DNA from: a virus
Lineage: Duplodnaviria; Caudoviricetes
IMG/VR virus record: IMGVR_UViG_3300025575_000043
Coordinates: 1 to 25,699 of that record
Length of the DNA stretch: 25,699 nucleotides
Reading direction: 5' to 3' (one strand)
The stretch's first letter is position 1; the number at the start of each line of letters is the position of its first letter. The notes under the pieces are model-generated. The model did no database searches. It saw only the letters and a program-made list of their open reading frames with translations, and was not told where the DNA came from. The translations under genes were made by a program, and so were the position numbers. This document shows positions 16,841 through 25,271 of the stretch, piece after piece.

Positions 16841-17495
16841 ATTTTCCTTTGATACGATAAAGGATTTTGATTCACACATTGAACTTTCAATTCCAAATTA
16901 TAAACATATTTGGGAACTGATTAAAAGTCTTTCAAGTTATTTCATTGTTAAAAATTCAAATGTTTATGATCTTGGCTGTTCAACAGGAATAGGATTAAAA
17001 CTACTTTCTTTTAAAAACAAAGCGGAAAATATTCGTTTTATCGGTTACGACATTTCGGAAAACTTATTAAAAGACAGTCACAATACAAAACATTTTTCTG
17101 TTTTCAATTCCGATATAACAGATGAAAATACTACCTTTCCAAATGCAAGTTTAATCTTAATGGTATTTACATTACAGTTTCTTCCAATAACGAAAAAACA
17201 AGGCGTTTTAAAGCGAATTTATGACAGCTTGCTTCCGGGCGGTGGATTTATCATTTGTGAGAAAACAATCAATGAATCAGGCAAATTACAGGATATTTTT
17301 ACCTTTTCGTATTACGACTTTAAAGAGCAAAATTTTACAAAGGATCAAATTTTGAGCAAACAATATGATTTAAGGTTTATAATGAAAAATAATACCGATG
17401 AAGAAATAACAAACATGATTAAGTCAGTAGGGTTTAAATATATTGAACCGTTTTTTCAATCGCTACAATTTAAAGGTTATTTATGTATAAAGTAA
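16788..17495 (+). CDS. cmoA: CmoA-like carboxy-S-adenosylmethionine synthase
   Basis: FSFD...SIPNY...VYDLGCSTG...NASL..FTLQFL...IYDSLLPGGGFIICEK is collinear with E. coli CmoA as recalled (WTFD, SVPGY, VYDLGCSLG, NASM..FTLQFL, IYQGLNPGGALVLSEK); alternative GTG start at 16824. Confidence 0.8.
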   Translation: MENSKQNTNAQNVDLPSEFSFDTIKDFDSHIELSIPNYKHIWELIKSLSSYFIVKNSNVYDLGCSTGIGLKLLSFKNKAENIRFIGYDISENLLKDSHNTKHFSVFNSDITDENTTFPNASLILMVFTLQFLPITKKQGVLKRIYDSLLPGGGFIICEKTINESGKLQDIFTFSYYDFKEQNFTKDQILSKQYDLRFIMKNNTDEEITNMIKSVGFKYIEPFFQSLQFKGYLCIK

Positions 17496-18478
17496 TTTCA
17501 ACATTTTCAGGGATTGGCGGAAGTTCAACCGGGTATAAAATGGCCGGGTTTGAAGTATTGGCAGCGGTTGAGTTTCTCGATTATCAGGCCGCAAATTATC
17601 GCTTAAATTATCCAAACACTAAACTTTATCAGCAAGATATAAGAACACTTGACCCATTAAAAATATTGGAAGAAAACGGGCTAAAAGTAGGCGAATTGGA
17701 TATATTGGACGGTTCGCCGCCATGTAGTTCATTTTCGACTGCCGGAAATGTTGAGGATGGATGGGGGAAGACTAAAAAATATGGTAACAGGGTTCAGAAA
17801 ACCGATGATCTATTTTATGAATATATCCGATTTATAAAAGCTATTCAACCGAAAGTATTTGTTGCTGAAAATGTTTCGGGACTATTAAAGGGTTCATCAA
17901 AAGGAATGTTTAATGTTTTCTTTAACGAGATGAAATCATGTGGATATAACGTAAAGGCAAAGTTATTGAACGCTGCAAATTATGGAGTTCCACAAATTAG
18001 GCAAAGAGTTATATTTATCGGTGTCCGTAATGATTTGAATTTAGAACCGGTATTTCCAAAACCACAAATAAAAACAGTTTCATTAAGTGACGCGTTTAAG
18101 GTAGTTGTAAACTCAAAAGAAGATTTAAAAGAGGTTAATATTGAACGGTTTGCTATTTATACCGAACTGTTAAAAATGCAACCTTACGGGAAAAGCGATA
18201 AATATATGTCACTTTTAAAAGAGCACCCTAATAAACCATGCCGGACATTAACGGCGACAAACGGATCCTGCGGAGCTGCTTCCGTTTGTCATTGGAATAA
18301 TAGAAAGTTTACGGTAAACGAATGTAAAGCAATAACTAGCTTTCCGCAGGACTGGAAAACAACAGGTAAATCATACGCTGAAAAGGTTGAAGGTTTTGGT
18401 CGGGCAGTTCCACCGTTAATGATGAAGGCAATAGCCGAAACAATAAAGATTGAAATACTTGATAAATTACCGAAATGA
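17483..18478 (+). CDS. C5-cytosine DNA methyltransferase-family protein, predicted carboxymethyltransferase
   Basis: Motifs I FSGIGG, IV GSPPC (C81), VI ENV, VIII QIRQR, IX RKFTVNE; motif X reads GRAV. Confidence 0.85.
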   Translation: MYKVISTFSGIGGSSTGYKMAGFEVLAAVEFLDYQAANYRLNYPNTKLYQQDIRTLDPLKILEENGLKVGELDILDGSPPCSSFSTAGNVEDGWGKTKKYGNRVQKTDDLFYEYIRFIKAIQPKVFVAENVSGLLKGSSKGMFNVFFNEMKSCGYNVKAKLLNAANYGVPQIRQRVIFIGVRNDLNLEPVFPKPQIKTVSLSDAFKVVVNSKEDLKEVNIERFAIYTELLKMQPYGKSDKYMSLLKEHPNKPCRTLTATNGSCGAASVCHWNNRKFTVNECKAITSFPQDWKTTGKSYAEKVEGFGRAVPPLMMKAIAETIKIEILDKLPK

Positions 18479-18858
18479 AAAAGTCAGAACAATATGAAGC
18501 CGAAATACTGGAAGTGATAAAAGCAAACAACCTATTCCATATCAGGGATATTTTCGCTTTTTATTCAGGTATTAAATCTTCCCAATTTTATAATCTTGAA
18601 TTGGAAAAATCGGAAACACTTTTAAAAGCGATTGATGATAATAAAACAAAGACCTGCCAAAGCCTTAAAAATATGTGGTATAAGTCAAACAATCCTACAT
18701 TACAGCTTGCATTGTTTAAATTGATTGGTACCGACGAAGAGCGCAAAGCTATTTCTATGAACTATCAGGAGTTAACAGGTAAGGACGGGAAAGACCTGGC
18801 CGGCCCGATGTTTGTTTTCAAGGATATGACCGGAAAGATAATTGAAGATGGAAAATGA
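18475..18858 (+). CDS. Putative terminase small subunit
   Basis: Directly upstream of TerL; C-terminal ELTGKDGKDL motif common in TerS. Confidence 0.65.
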   Translation: MKKSEQYEAEILEVIKANNLFHIRDIFAFYSGIKSSQFYNLELEKSETLLKAIDDNKTKTCQSLKNMWYKSNNPTLQLALFKLIGTDEERKAISMNYQELTGKDGKDLAGPMFVFKDMTGKIIEDGK

Positions 18859-20059
18859 ATCAGGGTTCACCACTACATTTAAGAAGATCAGGGCAATTAA
18901 GGCCAAAATAAAGGTCATTCAGGGCGGACAGTCTTCATCAAAAAACTATTCAATAGCACAAATTTTAATCACCAAAGCACTTGAAAAAAGCCGACTGATA
19001 ACGGTCATGACAGATACTTACGACAATCTGAAAGACGGTGCTATTCAGGACTTCAAACACATATTTGAAGATAATAATGTAAGCTGGACAGATTACTATA
19101 ATAGGTCAAGCCACGACATAAATATCAGGGGCTCAGTAATTCAATTCCGGTATATTTCAGACAATAAATCAGATGCTGGTAAATCAAAAAGACGTGATAT
19201 ACTTTACATTAACGAGGCAAACAAGATAGGTTGGCAGGTTGCAAGCACCTACATAGGCCGAACACACGAAGAAGTTTACATAGACTACAATCCTGATTTC
19301 GAATTCTGGGCGCACACAGAAGTGCCAAAACTTAAAGATAATAACGGAAATTCAATCAGCGAACAGATAATAGTTACCTATAAGGATAATGAAATGTGTC
19401 CTGAATCTGAAAAGAACTTCATTGAATCCAGGCGCGACAATATCGAATGGTTCCGTGTTTACGGACTAGGTCAAACTGGTTACTATTCAGAACGAAGGAT
19501 ATATAAATATCAATGGTGTACGGCTATTCCAGCCACGGCAAAACGAATAGCTTCGGGTATGGACTTTGGAGTTAGTCCTGATCCTACTGTTTTAATTGAT
19601 GTTTGGAAAAAAGATAACTGTTTGTATGTTGACGAGGTTTTCAGTCTTAATAATTTGATGCCAGAGAAGATAACCGGAGCCGAAAGGATGGCAATAGTTG
19701 ACCAATTGGCCTTTGTAAATCATATGAAAGGGCAGCAGATCATCGCCGATAGTGCCGGAAAAACTGAGATAAACGATTTGAGAAAGCACGGATATGAAGT
19801 CAGGGGCGTGAAGAAGGTAACCGGATCAATCATTATCGGAATAAACAAAGTTCGCGGATATGATATTTTTCTCACTGAAAGATCAGTAAATTTAAAGGCT
19901 GGCATTGAAAAATGGTTCTGGAAGGTCGATATTAACGGAAAGATAGTTCCTGAACCCGAAGGACACGAACCGGACGGATTAGCCGCGTTAAGATATGTGA
20001 TTATGGAAGACAGCAAGGAAGACATGGATTCTTATTACGGGAATATTAATTTTAACTGA
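18848..20059 (+). CDS. terL: Terminase large subunit (Terminase_3 / PBSX-like)
   Basis: IQGGQSSSK, Walker B LYINEA, DYNP, TYKDN, VYGLG, nuclease GMDFG, IIADSA, DGLAALRY. Confidence 0.9.
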   Translation: MENESGFTTTFKKIRAIKAKIKVIQGGQSSSKNYSIAQILITKALEKSRLITVMTDTYDNLKDGAIQDFKHIFEDNNVSWTDYYNRSSHDINIRGSVIQFRYISDNKSDAGKSKRRDILYINEANKIGWQVASTYIGRTHEEVYIDYNPDFEFWAHTEVPKLKDNNGNSISEQIIVTYKDNEMCPESEKNFIESRRDNIEWFRVYGLGQTGYYSERRIYKYQWCTAIPATAKRIASGMDFGVSPDPTVLIDVWKKDNCLYVDEVFSLNNLMPEKITGAERMAIVDQLAFVNHMKGQQIIADSAGKTEINDLRKHGYEVRGVKKVTGSIIIGINKVRGYDIFLTERSVNLKAGIEKWFWKVDINGKIVPEPEGHEPDGLAALRYVIMEDSKEDMDSYYGNINFN

Positions 20060-20158
20060 CAAACTGAAAGTAAAACGGTATTTTTGCTTTCATAAATGAA
20101 GTTGGTTACCAAGTGGAGACAAACGATTGAAAGCTGTAAAATAAATAAAACACTGAAT

Positions 20159-20548
20159 ATGAGTGAAAAGAATAAAAAAGCAATAATACACGAATTTGAT
20201 CCTGTTTTATATCCGTTCAAAATTTGGGTAACGATCACCAAAAACATGGAAGGAATAAAAGAACGGTTTGAATATATATCAGGAAAAGAATTTAATGTTT
20301 CAAATACTGAAATGTTCAACGCCTTTGTTGAATTGGTTGTTTGCAAAGAAAGCCGAAAAGTAGGATGTATAATTTCGTTTGAATCAATCAAAATATGTAC
20401 AACTAAATTAATGGCTCACGAAGCAACTCACGCGGCTCGTGAACTATGGGATAGAATTGGAGAGAAAGAAACAGGTTGGGAGGCAGATGCTTATTTGGTT
20501 GGATGGATTGCAGATTGTATTGAAAAAGTTAAACTAAATAAATTGTAA
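20159..20548 (+). CDS. HExxH-containing protein (zincin-like)
   Basis: MAHEATHAA...EADAYLVGW; start moved to ATG 20159. Confidence 0.7.
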   Translation: MSEKNKKAIIHEFDPVLYPFKIWVTITKNMEGIKERFEYISGKEFNVSNTEMFNAFVELVVCKESRKVGCIISFESIKICTTKLMAHEATHAARELWDRIGEKETGWEADAYLVGWIADCIEKVKLNKL

Positions 20549-20551
20549 ACT

Positions 20552-20698
20552 ATGAGTAATCTTAAAATTAATATCAGAATTTTTTCATATCATTTTCAAG
20601 TAAATAAGATGTGGAAAATTGAATGGATTTATAATCCACATCACATAGGATATAAAAACGGTATATTTAAAGTTTATGAGTTTAATTTATTTGCTTAA
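20552..20698 (+). CDS. Hypothetical protein (48 aa, MSNLKINIRIFSYHFQV...)
   Basis: Manual translation. Confidence 0.5.
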   Translation: MSNLKINIRIFSYHFQVNKMWKIEWIYNPHHIGYKNGIFKVYEFNLFA

Positions 20699-20788
20699 TG
20701 AAAAAAGCAACTTATTACATCGGAGTTGATTTAATTGGTAAACCAATTTACATAACTCATTATTTGTAATTCTGTGGTATTATCTTCT

Positions 20789-20814
20789 AGCCTTGATTTT
20801 ATCAGGGCTTTTTT
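20789..20814 (+). terminator. Intrinsic terminator
   Basis: AGCCTTGAT-TTT-ATCAGGGCT followed by a T run. Confidence 0.8.
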
Positions 20815-20865
20815 GCGCCTAAAAAATAATTTTAATTATTGAACATCTTTTCAAATATTTATTTT

Positions 20866-20873
20866 TATATTTG
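20866..20873 (+). promoter_or_regulatory. -7 promoter box for the head operon
   Basis: TATATTTG between the terminator and the portal start. Confidence 0.55.
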
Positions 20874-20927
20874 CAATTCAAGACTTAACAGACTAGGTCG
20901 GACATCATACTTTATTTTACTTAAATT

Positions 20928-22751
20928 ATGGCAGACGAACCTATCAGCATAATTAAAGACTTCATAGATTCATGTGAATACAAGAAAGAGATTCATGAGG
21001 CTATTTCCTATGAAAAGAAACTTGGATATTTCATTCAAACACATCTTAGTACTGATATTTTCACCAATACCGATAACAATCTTGATGAACTTTGGAACAC
21101 TCAAAACCCGTTCATAAATTGGGTTCAATCTTGGATGCGAAAAGAGAACTTCAGATCATACATGAAATTCTTTAGGCATCCACTTCCAACAGCTTCATTA
21201 ATTCAAGACGATATTATCCCGGAACTTAAAAAGGTATTCGATGCAACGAACGCTAGATATGACTATGTTTTTAGTTCAAACGCTCAAAAGATAACATCAG
21301 CAAAACTACTTTCAAAATATTCAGACTACTGGAAGACTGAAATTTTCAACCTACTGATTAATCAGCACAATTCAATCATCATTACAGACTTCGTTGACAA
21401 GCGCAATCCATACCGGTTTACGATTGAAATAGACGACGTAAAAGCGATTGACAAAACAGAATCAGGAGCTATCAAAGCAATCGTATTTGAGGGTGAAAAT
21501 GACAAAGGCGAAGAAAGATACTATTTTTATACCGACCAGTTTTATTCAGTTTATATCGAAAATGATCAGATTTTTACACTTGAATCAGAAATACCTCATG
21601 ATTTAGGAGTTTGCCCGGCTGACTTCGTTTCAGTCGAGCCGATAAATACAGAAAAATTTGTGGTGCGGAAAAGCATTTTTTCAAATTTCGTAGAGAAGTT
21701 TGAAAACTATGTGAATTATTACACGCTCCAAAAGATGTTCATTCCTTCGGGCATGATACCCGTCATTACTCATTATAAGCAAAATAATAAGCCATGTGAA
21801 AGATCGTTTGAAAACGGTACACGATGTATTGCAACTGAAACAGGAGGCTATTTGGGTGGTCTGAATGGAGTGCTGGGAAACAAAGATAGTCTGGTCCCAT
21901 GCCCTGTGTGCAATTCAAAAACAATTATTCAGGCCGGAATGGTTATCGGTTTGCCGGTTCCTAAGTTCAGTGACGACGGAAAAGCACCTTTCGATTTGAA
22001 TGCCAATTTTGTTAAGTTTCATTATGCTCCTGTTGAAATATTGACTTGGGTTAATGACTTTGTCAAAGAAAAGTACGATGAAATAAAATACGGACTTGTC
22101 GGCAAAGGAACCGAACAGGCAAATGGCCAGGCAAAGAATAAAGATCAGATTGCGAGGGGAAACCAGACACTTGAAAATACGTTGATTGAATTAAGTGGTA
22201 AAATGTCTAAACTTCAGACCTCACTTGACAGTAAGTTGCTTAAAATTGCCTTCGGTAAATCGTTCAAATCAAACTATATCGACAAAGGAACGGATTTTTA
22301 CCTAGATACTGAATTTCAGTTAAGGGACTTTCTGGCTATTGCAGTCGATACGATTGATAAAGAAAACCTAATAAGCCGGATTAACTTTTCGATTTATAAA
22401 AACAATCCTGATGCACTCGAAAGAAGCAATCTTTTGTATAAGTTACTGCCTTATTCGACTCTTACAGATGATCAGTTTATAACAATGACAGTTGATCCAA
22501 AAATGAAGGAATTGAGGCTAAATTTCAAGTATTACATTGATGCTTTTGAGGCAGAATTTGGGGAACTAAATGTTTTCTTTAATGAATATTTTGGTGAGAA
22601 TATTTCAATGAGCAATAAATTGACGGTCGCAAGAGAATTGTTAATCGGAAAGGTTAATACTTTTGAACCACCAGCACCAGAACCAATAATTACACCAATT
22701 GACAATCCGTTAATGGATCCAAATAAAATAATGAATACAAACTTAAAATAA
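20928..22751 (+). CDS. Putative portal protein with a Cys4 insertion
   Basis: 607 aa; lies between TerL and scaffold/capsid; HDLGVCPA resembles portal HxxGxxP; mainly a synteny call. Confidence 0.7.
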   Translation: MADEPISIIKDFIDSCEYKKEIHEAISYEKKLGYFIQTHLSTDIFTNTDNNLDELWNTQNPFINWVQSWMRKENFRSYMKFFRHPLPTASLIQDDIIPELKKVFDATNARYDYVFSSNAQKITSAKLLSKYSDYWKTEIFNLLINQHNSIIITDFVDKRNPYRFTIEIDDVKAIDKTESGAIKAIVFEGENDKGEERYYFYTDQFYSVYIENDQIFTLESEIPHDLGVCPADFVSVEPINTEKFVVRKSIFSNFVEKFENYVNYYTLQKMFIPSGMIPVITHYKQNNKPCERSFENGTRCIATETGGYLGGLNGVLGNKDSLVPCPVCNSKTIIQAGMVIGLPVPKFSDDGKAPFDLNANFVKFHYAPVEILTWVNDFVKEKYDEIKYGLVGKGTEQANGQAKNKDQIARGNQTLENTLIELSGKMSKLQTSLDSKLLKIAFGKSFKSNYIDKGTDFYLDTEFQLRDFLAIAVDTIDKENLISRINFSIYKNNPDALERSNLLYKLLPYSTLTDDQFITMTVDPKMKELRLNFKYYIDAFEAEFGELNVFFNEYFGENISMSNKLTVARELLIGKVNTFEPPAPEPIITPIDNPLMDPNKIMNTNLK

Positions 22752-22760
22752 CAGATTATT

Positions 22761-23258
22761 ATGAAAGTTTATCAATTGAGATTAGTATTAGGGAAAGTTG
22801 CCAACTATGACCAGAACGGAAAATTAAAGAATCAGACCATTACCGCAAAGTACGGTGAAATGGAACTTGAAAACATTCTGACAGATCAGAACTGGAAGAA
22901 ACTTGGAGCGTGTGAAATTTCATGTGTAAAAGTGTACGATCATCCTAGTTTGATCGAAGATCCGACAGCCATGAAAGCGGTTAATGACCGGATCAATTTG
23001 GACATTCAGCAAAGTGCGAGGCCAAAGACTGAAATTGAGTTGCTGAAAGATCAGATTGCTTTGCTTACTGAAAAAGTAAACAGTCCAACCATTCCAGTCA
23101 CTACGCATCAGGCTTCATCTGTATTAAACGTCGCAAAAGAAGTGAGAGAATCGCTATTTACAGAGGCCAAAGAATTAGGATTGAACCCGGCAAAGAATAT
23201 TAAAACTGAATTACTTCAGGCATTGGTTAATAAAGCAAAAGAAGGAAAAGTAAATTAA
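22761..23258 (+). CDS. Head-module protein with a C-terminal HeH/Rho-N-like motif
   Basis: RESLFTEAKELGLNPAKNIKTELLQALV. Confidence 0.6.
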   Translation: MKVYQLRLVLGKVANYDQNGKLKNQTITAKYGEMELENILTDQNWKKLGACEISCVKVYDHPSLIEDPTAMKAVNDRINLDIQQSARPKTEIELLKDQIALLTEKVNSPTIPVTTHQASSVLNVAKEVRESLFTEAKELGLNPAKNIKTELLQALVNKAKEGKVN

Positions 23259-23287
23259 TTAACAATAATATTAATACATAACAGATT

Positions 23288-24145
23288 ATGCTATTAGATG
23301 AAACATTATCAACAGGATTAACACCTGAACAGATTCAGGCAATTGAAACGGCATACACGGGCAAAGAAACTGAACTGAAGGCATTGGCAAATAAAAACGC
23401 TGATGGTATTTTCAACGGTGCGGCTCAGAAAATGTTTGAACAAACCGGAATTCAAAAGAACGAAGGCGAAAAGTATTCAGACTATTTTATCCGTCTTGGT
23501 TCAGAATGGCTCCCGGCTCAGGCTCAAACAAAATTAACAGCCGCTGAAGAAAAAGTAAGGTTGGCTGAAGAAAAGTTTGCGAACCACAAAGGCGATGAAA
23601 CGCTAAAGGCTGAACTTGAAAAGGCAAAAACAGAACTGGCCAAAATTCCAGACTTGTTAAACCAAAAAGAAACTGAATGGAAAACCAAACATGAAACAGT
23701 CGTAAATGATTTTAAGGCTTTCAAGTTTGGCCAATCGATTCAAAATGCGATGCCAAAGTTCGATGAAACAGTAAATCAATTCGAGCTGAAGGCAAAACAA
23801 GGAAACGCAATTGACAGGATTAAAAAGACTTATGAACTGTCATACGATGAAAACGATAATCTTATCGGAACAAAGGACTATCAAAAATATCTGATTTCTG
23901 ATTTACTAAAGTCAGACGAAGAACTAAAAGATTTGATCCTGATAGACCAGGCAACGGGCGGCGGCGCAGGTTCAGGAAAGAAAGGGGCAACAAATGGAAT
24001 GTTTAATTTCGCTGAAAATATGAGTGTTTCGGCACGATTGGAATTGATAAAACAATCAATCATAACCATTGAAAACATTCCTTTTCTGGATCCCAGGTTC
24101 CCGGATCGTTTTAATGAGTTACGAAAATTAAACAAAGTACTTTAA
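23288..24145 (+). CDS. Putative capsid scaffolding protein
   Basis: Helical and charged, with a Gly-rich linker (GGGAGSG) near the C-terminus; directly before the capsid gene. Confidence 0.65.
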   Translation: MLLDETLSTGLTPEQIQAIETAYTGKETELKALANKNADGIFNGAAQKMFEQTGIQKNEGEKYSDYFIRLGSEWLPAQAQTKLTAAEEKVRLAEEKFANHKGDETLKAELEKAKTELAKIPDLLNQKETEWKTKHETVVNDFKAFKFGQSIQNAMPKFDETVNQFELKAKQGNAIDRIKKTYELSYDENDNLIGTKDYQKYLISDLLKSDEELKDLILIDQATGGGAGSGKKGATNGMFNFAENMSVSARLELIKQSIITIENIPFLDPRFPDRFNELRKLNKVL

Positions 24146-24201
24146 GTAATAGACTATTTTGGTACGCAAACGCAATTATTCACATTTTAAAAATTAAAAT
24201 T

Positions 24202-25269
24202 ATGGCAGATCGTTTAATTGATTTTTCTGCTTTGTTGGCGTATCAAGACAAGACGGTACAAACAGAGCTACCAAGTCAGGGATTTGGGCTTATTGAGTGT
24301 TTGAAATACAACACACCTTTCAATAAGGTGCTGACACCCTCACTTAAAGCACACCTTCAGCAGGTTGAAGGAAGAACTACGGAATACACCGGATTGAAAG
24401 AATCGGTTATCACAACTACTTCGGTTGAATCGTTCACTATTCCGGCTCACCTGTCAACATCAGAACAAAAGACGTTGACCGCAGTTTCCATCTTCTCAGG
24501 ATTTCAATTGTATCCCGCATGGTTCCAAAACAACACCATTACGATGGCCGATTATTTGGCTAACAAGTATGATGAAGTGTTTATGGCTATGGCAAATGCA
24601 AAAGAAGTACTGATTGCCTCTCTTTTGGACACTTACAGGAATCAAACCGCTTTGGCTGTTGCTCAGATCAACGGAGGAAGCGGAACTTTTGCTTTCGATG
24701 CTGGATTGGACACTGTGACCGTAAATAAGGCCGGTCAGCTTGATACCTTGTTTGCAAACCTAAAAACTTTGATGCGTATTGCAAAAAAGGCCGGAAACTA
24801 CAACATCGTTGTAAATGAAGGTGGTTTCAACCTTGCCTTGAATGAAATCCTGAAATACGGTGCAGCCAACGATAAGAATTTATCCTTCATTCAAAACATG
24901 ATGCCTAAATTCTTTGAAACGCTGAATATCGCTCCTGAAGCGTTCCAGTTCAAAGCCTATCTATTGGTTGACGGCGCAATCGGATCAGTTCAGAACTATC
25001 CTTTTGACTTCCGCACAGGATCAACCGTTGATTCAAAAGTATGGGGAATCATGCCTTCACCGGCTCCTTATATTGGAGAACGTTTGAATGTTTATCACAA
25101 CAAAGAAGCCGTTGACGCTTCCAGTTTGGGTGAAACTACCGGGCATCTGAGAATGACAACCATGGAAGAATGGGGTTTCTTGGATAAGTTCTTTTTGGTC
25201 ACAAATTATACCAGTGGCCTTGCTTCAAGAGTTCAGGACATCGTTAAAATAACCGGGGCAACAGCATAA
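24202..25269 (+). CDS. Putative major capsid protein
   Basis: 355 aa; follows the scaffold; synteny and size only. Confidence 0.7.
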   Translation: MADRLIDFSALLAYQDKTVQTELPSQGFGLIECLKYNTPFNKVLTPSLKAHLQQVEGRTTEYTGLKESVITTTSVESFTIPAHLSTSEQKTLTAVSIFSGFQLYPAWFQNNTITMADYLANKYDEVFMAMANAKEVLIASLLDTYRNQTALAVAQINGGSGTFAFDAGLDTVTVNKAGQLDTLFANLKTLMRIAKKAGNYNIVVNEGGFNLALNEILKYGAANDKNLSFIQNMMPKFFETLNIAPEAFQFKAYLLVDGAIGSVQNYPFDFRTGSTVDSKVWGIMPSPAPYIGERLNVYHNKEAVDASSLGETTGHLRMTTMEEWGFLDKFFLVTNYTSGLASRVQDIVKITGATA

Positions 25270-25271
25270 TC

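Noticed and set aside
16788-17495. CmoA as part of a tRNA cmo5U pathway
   Set aside because: No CmoB/CmoM or tRNA in the window; overlap with an Arg-motif-X DNA transferase explains it better. Not formally excluded.
17483-18478. Ordinary type II restriction-modification system
   Set aside because: No adjacent endonuclease or Vsr, and motif X is atypical
18917-18949. Inactive terminase because of a deviant Walker A (GGQSSSKN)
   Set aside because: The Lys, Walker B and nuclease motifs are retained, and GGxxSSK variants are plausible in this family
3024-23724. Other minus-strand track ORFs (for example 3024, 5944, 8177, 9200, 14599, 16285, 16549, 19720, 20035, 22920, 23524)
   Set aside because: They overlap well-supported plus-strand genes and show no recognisable motifs
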